Assembly: GCA_964199315.1 (NCBI GenBank)
Contig: OZ116698.1
Coordinates: 34,596,001-34,660,000, forward strand
DNA: 64,000 bases
Reading direction: 5' to 3'
Origin: Orbicella franksi
Taxonomy: Eukaryota
In this document: piece by piece, positions 22,017 through 34,100 of the stretch
How the letters are laid out: every line of letters begins with the position of its first letter
Position numbering within the stretch: position 1 is the first letter of the stretch
Translations under genes and position numbers: made by a program
The notes under the pieces: model-generated
Seen by the model: only the letters and a program-made list of their open reading frames with translations
Told to the model about the DNA's origin: nothing
Database searches by the model: none

Positions 22017-25000
22017 TCATCTTAGAGAAGACGCAAATTGTCGACCTCCAACATGTGATCGAATGTGGTTGTTTAAAGTCGTCGCCCCGTTGAAAAAACG
22101 CGAGCAGTAACCGCATTTGAATGGTTTGTTGCTCACATGAATGGCAGAATGCGTGCGCAATTGATTGACATTTGTGAAAGAAGGCGGGCAGTGGCCACAC
22201 TGAAAAGGTTTCTGTTGAACCGTCGAGGTTTGAAGTAACGCTGGGTTTAGCGGACTTTGACTTGATGTCCATGATGAGCATTGCTCAGAAGTACTGTTAA
22301 AAACTGAGTTCATCGGGAGCGTTGCGTTTTCATTAAGGTCTCCACTTCGTAACGGAGACGTTTCATGTTCGCTTTGTTGTGGATCTCTCAGTGGATCACC
22401 GTTATTCTGATCCAGCGGACTGGTCCACTGCTTGGGAATGGAGGTGGTGTAAGACACAGGTTCCACTACTCCATGCTCCTGGTAAAAAAGTAGTTTCTCG
22501 TCACAAAGTTGATATGGAGGGGTACGTTTTTCATTTATGGGCGCGGACGTAACCGTAAAAGAACTGCTGCTGGGATTGGAAACAGGCGAAGGAGGAGGAC
22601 TGGGAAAGAACGATGTTTGGCTTGCCTTACGTGGAGAGACAACTATCACTTCATCAGGCTTTGAACTGGCACCTGCCGAGAAAAAAACGGAACACAGCAA
22701 TTAGCAAGTGATCATTCTGTCACAAACACTGATGGACAAATGGGCGACCACAGTTACTCCTCAACAAGGAATACTAGCCTTTCTGGTTAACCCGAGACAT
22801 TTGTCAGGTTTCTCTAATATTTCCGATTGCTGGCCATTTTTACACCTGATGACGGAGAGGGGCAATGTGAGAGTATCTTTCATGATTACAGCATGACAAT
22901 ATATGGCCAGGATTGAAGGCTGGCTAGACATCCTGTGTTACATTTTAGCTGTGGATAAAAATATTGCCACAGCTCTATCAAGCTATCAGGAAGTATCTAG
23001 TCTGATAACAGATAACCTACCACTCGGTATCACAGCTCCCATGTCAAAAATAGCTGATGGAATGCCAAGGTATTGGGGATATTTTTCATCGTACCAAACC
23101 AGCATTTCCTGTCCAGGCAGGATGGCCTTGAAAGAACGGTAGAATACTTTTCCAAGGTACTGGAAGGCAAACAAGTTTTGTTCAGCTTTGTGGCGAGCAC
23201 AGCGGATGAAACGCATCCAGCTTGAGACATTTTCGTTGCTTCCGTCAATGTATCCGGCCAATTTGCCTTCCTTGAAAATCTGGTGGTATAATAAAAAGAT
23301 GCCTGCTTGGTTTCTGTCGCAAACCTCCAAATAATATTTGTTTGTACAACTGAAATCCTCATTGCGCGTTTTTGGTTTTACGCTTCTTGTGCTTTCTTAT
23401 TGGTCAGAAAACGTGTCGTGTGTCCTAGCGAAAAGCACAAATTTTCTCCCTGAAAACTTTCTTTTTCGCCATAAATCAGTCCAATTGACCATTGTTAGCC
23501 TCTAACGAGCAAAATTTGGCTGGATGAAGGAATTCATACATTTATGGTTAACAACGTACCTATGAGAAGCACAGTTAAAAGTCGTGAATTAATTATCTTA
23601 TGCATGTTCCTTACATTTGGCGTCAGTTGCATGTTTTTGCTTCGAGTTTTGACCACCATTCGATGTGTGGTAAGATCAAAGCTGTCTGCGTACGACAAAC
23701 TCATACGGCTGACGATGTACCACACTTACCTCCCACATGTATGTTGTATCTTTAACAGAAGACAGCTCCTCAGGCTTCACAAATGTTCCTTCGTAAGGCC
23801 CAATCCACGCGCCAACAGGAAACGCTCGCTTGGCGCAAATACCGAATCCCGTTCCAGGAATGCTGGATGCACACAATTCCACTTCCGGTGGAAGTGATCT
23901 GAGAGCGAGTGGTAACTGATTGGCGGTGTTTTCATGTTTATGGTTCGGACACTGAAAGTTCGTGTCTGTTAAACTTGCGTCACACCCTGACACGTAAACG
24001 AAAGGCAGTACAAAGATCAGTAACTGAAAAGTTTTCAGTTCGTTTTGTTGCAGTAAAAACTAAAACATCGTCACTTGAGGTTTCGAAATTTACTTTTGTT
24101 TTGTTAACTATTAACTGATAATTCTTCCTGTTCGTTCAAAATCATATAACGTAATTGTTGTGTTCATACTGGATCGGCCAGCAAGTGAAAGCACTGTAAT
24201 CAGTTTGGATTGTAAATCAACCACCATATCTAAATTTGTGCAACTGACTTTTCGAGCGTTAGCCGGCCTTGGTGCGTGATACTAGTATGCGTCGAAAACT
24301 AGGAGCTGTCAAACTATCTTTGCTGCAAGGCGATCAACTTTTGTGACGGTACTCACAGAAGCATTCGTTTCGTTGCGTTACCACTGACTGTTTGATGCTG
24401 ACTGGCTGGATTTCACTATTGCTGAATAAGCATCTTTGTAGATCTTTAAAGGTGAAGTGCTCCTCAGTTGAGGTACATTGAGAGAGACTGGGACTATCAA
24501 GCGGTTTCTGAAACCGTGGTTTCTTTGCGGCAGGCTGAGAAACGTGATGATAAAAATGATCTGCAGCAAGGTTAAGTTTCTGCGGGAAAGATAACAGTAT
24601 TTATTCACTTAGCTTCACTCAGAACATGCTATGATTTTGCCTTATCGACAAACCTACCGTTGGTACTGACATAGAGATATATTATAAAGAGATCTCCGGC
24701 TATAAAATCCTAAGTTAACTTGTTTATTGTTGATTGCATTGTTCCTTTACCAATCTTCGTTTAAATTCTGAATAATTTCCTTAGTGAACAATTTTAAGTC
24801 GATCTAGAATGTTGGCAGTCTTCATATCTCACATAGTTTGCGTGCATACGAGAAAAAGGAGACAAAAATTACAATAATAAAAAATGACATTTTTGACATG
24901 AAAATTAGATCAAGGTTTGCCTCCACCATGGAACGAATATCTTTAAGCAGTGATGTGTGACCCAGAAGTTCCCTCGAATATCACTACAGAGTGGTACAGA

Positions 25001-25215
25001 CTGCAATACTCTGCACAATACCCGAATTTATCCTACCTGGAACATAAGCTAAGCTTTGATTGCAGAAAATTCATCTCTTGTTTCAGCAACGTAGATTCGC
25101 CCTAATTCGCCGGGAAATGTATTTGTCTATAATACTTGTAGCCCTGCATTTATCCTGACAGTTTATTTAACACTGCTAGCGGCTGGTATATCCTTACCTC
25201 GTATTCAAGTTCCAT
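22017..25215 (-). CDS. PRDM6: PRDM6-like paralog G3 (about 470 aa) with only two intact zinc fingers
   Basis: Exons 25215-25198 (MELEYE|gtaagg), 24579-24357, 23986-23730, 23279-23021, 22672-22017; total 1413 nt, in frame. PR domain nearly identical to G1. Only PFQCGHC..HSAIH and FKCGYC..HIRSH fingers are intact. Confidence 0.85.
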
Positions 25216-28185
25216 TATCTCTTGACTTAACTCTTCGATTGATCAAGGTGTCCCTTAAACACTCGATGAATATTTGTTGGCTTGTTTACAAGGTTGCGCA
25301 CAAAGCAGAGAAATTGGCGCTCTGGTGTATTTAGTAAAACAGTAATATGTGTTTTGGTATTTAAAGATACAGTTAATAGTTTGGCGCCTTTTTCACACTA
25401 AATTAAAGGTTATTGTGTTTACGAAGAATTACCACAAATTATAGTATAATAGGGATTTAAAGACAATCGTTAAGGGAAGCCTTTTGTTGGTAATGTATGT
25501 CATGTGTTGGGCAAGATTCGCGCCATTTCTGAGTGAGATAATTAAAGTAATAATTTGCTCCGTATATTGAATATTGAATGAGGTTTAAGATAGATAGAGT
25601 TGGAAGAACGGTAATTTTTATTCAATCACAGTCAGTGAATGCTACAGTAACATTTTAGATCGATCAGGGAAATTGCCTTTTTCAACCGGTTTGGTAGATT
25701 CTAAGACGCCAGGTTGTTCTGAGCTCCCCGTGTTTCCGCGCCAAAGCTAGTAATCCGTGTGTTTGACACAATTATGCATTAGCATAATGATATCCTATAA
25801 TTGTGTATGCTCTGAAATTTTATACTCTCGTTTCTTCTCTGTTTATGTATCTTCATTCTGGATCAACTATTGGCGATACGCTATCTTTTCATGATTTAAC
25901 AATATCTGTTGCTTTGATTACTTACTGTTTAGAAATCTCCTGTTTATGTGCAGTTAATGACGCAGACTATTAAGATCTTTAACGAACACTAACATACCAC
26001 TGCCTCTTAACAGAACGTTAACTTCTCTCAGATCAAACGTTATTTTAGGTTATAGTCCAAATCTTAGATGTTAGATGATGCCAAATACAGCTCAACTGGC
26101 ACACCAGACAACATAAAATCCTGTTCCAACACGTGTTACACCACGCGCGAAGCCACGCACGCACGTGCATCACGCGTGATAGCTTTTACTCGACGAAAAC
26201 TGTTAAGTCAAATTTCAAATAAATGTTAAATATGTGGCGTTTTTTCTTTGACATGCTAGTAGAAAAGAACTTTTTAAAAGGTCTTTTTAGGTTTCTGAAA
26301 GAAATGTTCAATTGTTTTGCTCACGTAAGTTCGAATTGCAATGAACTGGCTAATCTGCGTTGAATAGCGTTCTAAAATGAACCTACGTAATCTTTCTAAA
26401 GAAACCAAAAAGAACAATCAAAACACTCGAACCTTTTGTTTGCCGCAGCATATCACAACGCCCACTTTATTTTAATCAAAGAAAATAATTTTGAATTGTA
26501 AAACCAAGTCCTGAATTTTCGATTACCATATGTTGCTGTTCTTGGGATTAAATCAGATATAAACTTCGCTTTTCTCGAAGTAAAATTTTAAGAGCCTACT
26601 ATTTCTTCCGAATAAAATTAACATCAGTTTTTAAAATGTAGGTTGTGTGTTTCATTAATGTTAATTGATTAACATTATGTTGGGTTTTGGCGGGAAACAA
26701 GCTCGCTTTCTTGTCACGCTTCAATAATAATGAACATAAATTTCTCATTTAAATACCAATATCTCAGACCTTTTGAAATAGCTGTCTTGTGGTTATTAAT
26801 GAAATTTAAATTACTTTTTTACTTAAAGAAACCATAACCCTGCGGAGACCTTGATCCTAACTTCATGGGTTAAATAACAATGGTAAGAAATTTACCGCAG
26901 ACATAGCTGACAAAGAGAAAAATACCTTAATCTTTTAATCTCTGAGAGACGGAGCTATAAAGAAAACATTGTTCATATTTGCATGATATGTAGACTATTT
27001 AAATGTCGCGGAAGATGAAAATTTAACTTCTCATTGTTTGTGGACCTTTAAAGTGCTGATTTCTGCGAATTACGATGCAACATTTTTAGTTGCCCCGTGC
27101 TATGCATTTTGAGATGAATCGATATGGATGTATAGGGTACCTACACTGAGTTAGTTTGTTTAAAATACCTGCCCATAACAATTTTTTTCAAAGGCGTTTC
27201 AACAAGGATTATGTAAGAGACAAAGGACTCTTTCAAGAACTTGCAAATGCGAATAAAATATTGGCGCAAACATACAAAAGAAGCCTTTAAAAATAGAGAA
27301 GCGCGATAGATAGATTATCAATCGATCAAATCTGGCGGGAAAGCCCAACACAATCACTTGGATATTAGCCTTCTAATAACAATTAATGATATTGAGATAC
27401 TGTTTTCTTAAGAGAACATGTTATTTCATCAGTTTCTTACTCCCCACCCTCTCCCCCCCATTCCCCGTCGTCACCCCAATTGCCTTTTAAAACACCCCTT
27501 GGAGAGGTAATGGTTTATATTGGTTCTAAGCTCTAATCCGGTTGAAATGACTTGAACTCCTGTTTAGGCAACTTAAATCAAGGTATTGGTATTGCACACG
27601 ATAAATAATCGGTTGAAAAAATATCTTTCTTTATTGACAATATTTACAGATCATTTAGAAACTATTTTTCTATGTTATAGATAGCAGCAAGCGGCGAAAT
27701 CCATTGTATTTACACTCTTTGTTGGTACTGCTATTAAATGTCTGCGCTACCATTCACCTACAAAACCCTTCTGGTCAACAGCTAATCGCACCGGCTGGAT
27801 TTTGTGACAATTTTTGTTTTTCAATCTTTGTTGTTTTGGCTCTACAAAATGGTAGTTAAAACAATAGAGCTGAACAGCTAAAGCAACAAAAACATACACA
27901 TGCATTTAACGCTTAACATACTCTTGCGAGTCAAACTTTATGAGTCATCATAGCGCCGTGTGAACTCTCTTTTTGCTACAAAATCGCGTCGCAATACAAG
28001 ACTCATTCTGTTCCGAATTTTTTTTTTTATCAAGGAGTACGCCACTAATAATTTTCAGTGTTTCCCAATTTTCAATTGTTATCCCTCTGGTGTTTTGCTA
28101 CTTAAGAACAATGTCATTTGCTTTTACTTCCATTTGATTTGTCTTACATACTAAAAATTGGCCAAAAAATTCCAACGTCACTCTT

Positions 28186-31100
28186 TTAAGTTGGCAGTGC
28201 TTGAGCCGTTACAGAATCCGTTCTAGTTGTGCCATTCACGTATTCACACGATTCCCGCGCATGCTTGGAGAGGTGCATGGCTTGTGAAAATGTCATACCA
28301 CATTTCTCGCAGCTGAAGGGTTTCTGCCCCATATGTGTTCGAACGTGGTTGTTCAGCGTTGTTGCGCCAACAAATGTGCGTGAGCAGAACCCACACTTGA
28401 ATGGCCGCTCAGTAGTATGGGAAACCACATGCGCACGCAGGTCTGAGGAGTTAGTAAATGTTTCACTGCACTGTCCACATTGGAAAGGCTTGGTCGGTTG
28501 ACACGGACACACGTGCATTTGTAACGCCACTCGCTGAGTAAAGGTCTTGTGACACTGCTGGCATCGCCACGAGGTTAGTTCGCTGACTGGACTTGTGGGA
28601 CTGGGTACCTTGTTGTTGCTAAGGTTACTGACGTCACTGTCCCTATCACCGGTCGCTGGTAACCCCTGATCACTTAGAGCATTGTCGGAAGATGCTCGCC
28701 TTTGGTGCAAGGAGTAGGTTGGAACAAGGGGTGGGAGTTTCTTAGTATCCGTTGATGAAGCTCTTGTGTCTGAAAAAGAAGTTTTGTTTTCAGTATAGTG
28801 CTACCCTAAGGATTACATATCCTCCACTCCGAAAATAATGATTTTCCCTTCAAAAAATCTGAGACACACACGGACCGTATTTGCAAGATCACCCTTACCC
28901 CAAATTCTTTCGATTCAAACGCGGCGCGCCCGCACTGAGCACTCGGGCGGGAAGACAAAGATGAACCAATAGACGTCATGTGATATGAGCGTCATTTTTA
29001 CTCTACTGAGTTGGGTGGATCTGTCATTTGTGTTGCTGGTAGAGGAACAAAGGCAACAGGTCGATATTGTATGCGATAAATTAAATATTTACCATTCTGC
29101 CTATACTTTCATTTCTCCCCTTAACTCTGAGCACCTGGTAGATAGCCTCGGTCAGGGAGTGTATGAGAGCTACCGTGTTTTACGCCTGGGGTCTTTCAAA
29201 TTCAGATCAGCAAAGAAAGAAGAAAATGGTAGTTAACAGAGGCCAAGAAGCCAGTAACAAGAACGAGCTCGATAATGAACTGCTCTCATGTCGGCTGTAG
29301 TCATGTTACAAAGTTGCTGAGAAAAGGCGGGTTCAGTGTTTGTGTTCACGACAAACCAGGCAGAAACGTGGGTTTCTTTGTTAATAAAAATCTATTTATT
29401 TTTCGATCTTGTTATCTATTTACTTATTCCGTTACCTTGACCACTCCAAAGAGGACTTCTACTCGTAGTGAACTGGGAGCTAGTAACAGTTCTGGTGTAT
29501 CGAGTTGTATCCTGAGGGTTGACTTGTGTCAAAACTGGATTTAAAGATTGACTAGACTTTTGTACGGTTGTGTCGCCTTGTTTTCTGTCATGTGTACCTG
29601 AGAATTTAATTTGATTTAAAACCTGAGAAGTTAACTACAAAATGACTGACAGACTGAACGACTGACTTGTTGGTTTTGCCTGACTGTCTTTTCAACGGAC
29701 GGACCGACCGTCACTCGGTATGACTAACAAACTAACTGACTGTCTAGACGACGTTCTGATTGACCGACAGACGGATCTAGTGACCGACACTGGTTAACGA
29801 ACTAATTTACTAACTGACGGATCGACTGACCGAATGACCCTCTATCTGATCTGCTGACTAAATGACTGACTGATTTTCTGTTCACTGACTGACTGTATGG
29901 CTGACGGACTGGTTGGCGTACCTACTGACTGAGTGATTGACTGACGGACTGACTGAATAACTGAATGACTGATTGATTGACCTGAGGGACTGACGGACTG
30001 ACGGACTGGCAGATTGGCCGACTTCCTGACTGCCTGACTGCGACTGCCTGACTAACTGAATAACTGAGTGACGGATTGGGTGATTGACTGGCTGACTGAC
30101 TTTCTGACTGACTGATGGACTGATTGATTGACTGTCTGACTGATTTGCTGGCTGACTTGTTGGCTGACTGACTTTCTCTCTGACTGACGACCGGACTGAT
30201 TGACTGACGGACGGACGGACGGACCGACTGCCTGCCTGACTGATTGACTGACTGAATAACTGAATGACGGATTGGATGATTGACTGGCTGACTGACTGAC
30301 TGACTGACTGACTGATTGATTGACTGGCTGACTGACTGACTGACTGACTGATTTGCTGGCTGATTTGCTGGCTGACTTGCTGGCTGACTGACTGTTTGAC
30401 TGGCTACCTGACTGACGGACTGACTGCTGACTGACTGACGGACGGGCTGAGTAACTGCATGACTGATTGATTGACTGGATCGGCTGACGGACTGATGGAC
30501 TGGCTGACTGGGTGACTGCCTGACTGAATGAATAACTGAATGATGGATTGGGTGATTGACTGGCTGACTGACTGATTTGCTGGCTGACTTGCTGGCTGAT
30601 TGGCCAACTGGCCAACTGGTTGAATGACTGGCTGACTGGGGACTGACTGGTGGACTGACAGACTGACTGGCTGACTGGCTGACTGACTAATAACGGTCCG
30701 ACCGATTATGCGAGATTATTAAGAGGAAAAAACCATAAGTCATAAATATACAGACTGACCTGCAGTAGATGTACTGGCTATAGGTTCGGCTTGTATTCCG
30801 AGAGGAATGCCCATGTACATTGGGTACTTCTCGTCATACCATACAAGCAGCTCCGTGCCCGTGGGGATATCTTTGAATGTTCGGTAGTAAATATTCCCGT
30901 TATACTGAAATGCAAAGAGGTTCTGCTCGCCTTTGTGCCTTGCACAGCGGATGAAACGCATCCAACTGGAACTGTTCTCGTCACTTCCGTCAATGTAATG
31001 AGACAAGATAGTACCTTCATAGATCTGTCCAAAAGAATGAAGTTCTGTTAAAAATCTTCAACTTGTCAGTGGGGGAGGAGGGGGGGGGGGAGCATATTAA

Positions 31101-34100
31101 ATGATGGCGACACCTCGTCCCAGAAAATTATCTGCACCCAGAGTTTTTGTGACCAAAGTTGCTAAGTAAGCTGATGCATCGGCGTCGACAAAACCTGGAT
31201 AGGACCAGACCGGATCACGGATCGGATCACGGACCAGATCACGGATCGGATCACCGACCGGATCACGGACCGGATCACGGATCGGATCACGGATCGGATC
31301 ACAAAAAAAACAAAGTTTAAAAAAAAAATCCAAAAAAAATCAAATCGTTTATAAGATAATAATAAATAAAAAATAAAAGTGGAAAACTAAAATGTGTTAA
31401 ATGAAAATAAGAATCCCGAATTTGACGCAATGACATGTTAATTACAGAGAACGACAAGACGTCATTTAAAAAGTCACATAAGCGCCTAATTTACGACGAG
31501 TTTAAATTGTAATGAACAGGCAGATGTAGTTATATTTGAACGTTAGTTGGCTCGAAGCTTGCGTGGACCTCCCATTCTCGCTTTTGAAATTGTTGTTAGT
31601 ATCAGTAGCTAATTCTCGGCTACATTTTCGTGTCAGATGTGAGCGTTACAGTTGGCATTACAGTTAATGAGAGAACTCACGTACGAAAGCTTAAGGACAT
31701 GACTTGCTTTAAAGGAGCTACGTCACGATTTGCGCATCTCGAAAAAAATTAGCCTAGTTTTTCAAGTTTGTCATTTGCAGTCCTCGTTAATCTTTGCCGT
31801 CCTTAACGATCCTCATTCCGTTTTGATTTGTTCTTGCCTCTTAAGTGTTTTCTATCCTAGAACACGATCATTTTCAGGTTTTATCCTATTTAAAGGCAAT
31901 TCTTTACGACCCTAAAAATGACTCTAAAAATCGTGACGTAACTCCTAAAATGTTGTTTATTCTCGGGTTGTGTTATCGTTCACACTATCGATGTTATTCT
32001 TATAATCTTTTTGTAAAACAGCTATATTTCCTTGAAATACAAATGGTTTGTTTCGTTTTATTTCAAAGCGAAATATCGTATTCCAAACTCACATCTTGTA
32101 AAAGTATAGATTTGTCTCAAAAACGGAAATTGTTTGAAATCATCAGGTGTTTAATTCTTTTTAGTGTTTTTAGCTTTTGTGTTTCGATTCATACGTTCGG
32201 TCTATTATTACCATGCTGACTAGTTTTATGGCAGTTTACCTTTGATGCAAGTGAATATACAAAATATCATTTATCTGAACTGCGGAGAAAGATATGAAGA
32301 CATGATTGATCATCGCAATCAAAACCCAACAGCCTGAAAAAAATTCATCTGTGACCAGCTCCCAGTTGGCTTGATATTATAAAAGAATAAAGGAATATCA
32401 CACATGAATTAAATAAAACGTTCTGCTCACAGTAGTCACTCTAGTAATTTACTCAACAAAATTTTGAATTTTGAATTTTGAATCTTGAATTTTGAATTTT
32501 TTCCTTGATCCAATCCGTGATCCGATCCGTGATCCGATCCGTGATCCGATCCGTGATCCGATCAGTGATCCGGTCCGTGATCCGATCCGTGATCCGGTCC
32601 GATCCCGGTTTTGTCAACGCCGATCAGCGGCATCTTATTACTTTATGCTGGTGTGACGTCATGCCTGTGCGTTAGCAGTAACGGTTAGTAATCGTGCTGG
32701 GCTTTTGATTGGTTAATGAGGATCAGGAGCTATTTAAGTGCTTCAATGAGGATTGGCCAAAGCAACACTTGTTCTCCTAGTTGCTATATAAATGTCTCTT
32801 TTTGAGAATAAGGTAGGGTTGAGGGCATAGTGGAATGAATTGTAAATTTCAGCCTCAACTAAATGGATGCGTTTGAGTGAAGGTAAAAAAAATAGAGCAA
32901 ATACAGTTTTAGGATGAAACTCATCTTAGTAAGACTGGAACAATGTAAAAATGTTGCACTGCTGGTGGTGTAGAGCCATTTGAATTTAAAGTAATGCATA
33001 AGATAAGATATAGCATAAGATATTTAGGACCCTATCTCTGGGGAAAAGTAGACAAAGACCATCGCAACAAAACAAGCCTTCGTGAATTTAAAAAAGCAGT
33101 TCGGGCCATTAACCTAACAGATGTGTTGGACGGAAGATGCAGCTGCTATGCTTGCTCAACATAATAATAATACAACCAATTTAAGTAATCTTGAACTTAT
33201 TTTTCAACTAATTAGACCTATAAAACATATTTTTAATTATTAACCACCTATATATTTTATATAATATTAGTATTTTATATTTTATATTTGTATTTGTTTT
33301 AGTGTCCCCAATTAGTTATCTTTAGCTAAATACTCCGACACTCAAATAAAGTTTATGTATGTATGTATGTATGTATGTATGTATGTATGTATGTATGTAT
33401 GTATGTATGTATGTACGCTTGAAACCAAGGCACAGTGGTTGCCCAATCATAATTTTTATGAGATAACTGACTGAAAAAACGTTGCAAGAGTAATCAAACT
33501 TCAAAACTATGAAGGAATTTCAGTCGACACAATGCGTAGTTCAAGAAAGAATAATATGGAAGTGCAATTGAAAGCTGTAAACAAAGAATAGTCAGGGCTA
33601 TAAATGAATATATTTTTTCATCTTTCAGATCGAGAAAGAACCAACCACAGTAAAAACTATCCACTTAAAAACACAGCGTTTAAGACTTGTATCTCACCTC
33701 CCACATGTGCGACGTGTCCATGTGTTGTGTGACGTCACAAGGACGAATTCGTCTGCCTTCAAAGGGGCCAATCCATGTACCTGTAGGGATGGGTTGGTTA
33801 GTGTATACACCGTGCCCCTCCCCTGCTGAGTTAGAGACGCCTAGCTTACATTCTGGTGGCAGTGACTTGACAGCGTAGCTGAGCCGTCCGCCTGTCAGCG
33901 ATTGAGTGGGTTGCTCGTGCATGTGACACGCTCCATGTGGTATTGTTTGACAAAGTTTACAAGCTGGAAGGAAAATGTAATTTAGTTAAAAACCTTGAAA
34001 TGAACACGTAAATTTGAAATTTGCAATTCCTTGGATCGTTACAACTACATAAGTTCATGGATAAACAATAAGACAAGAGTTAATTCATTTACTATAACCA

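Noticed and set aside
30052-30615. 187-aa Ser/Gln-rich ORF (and overlapping 30404-30607)
   Set aside because: Translation of the TGAC satellite within a G4 intron; no homology and no splice fit.
31097-31333. ORF with RDPI repeats
   Set aside because: Translation of the 12-mer subterminal array of a TIR element.
32255-32380. Possible tRNA gene or SINE piece inside the TIR element
   Set aside because: Only the flanks of a tRNA-related repeat remain and the tRNA-like core is deleted; not an RNA gene.
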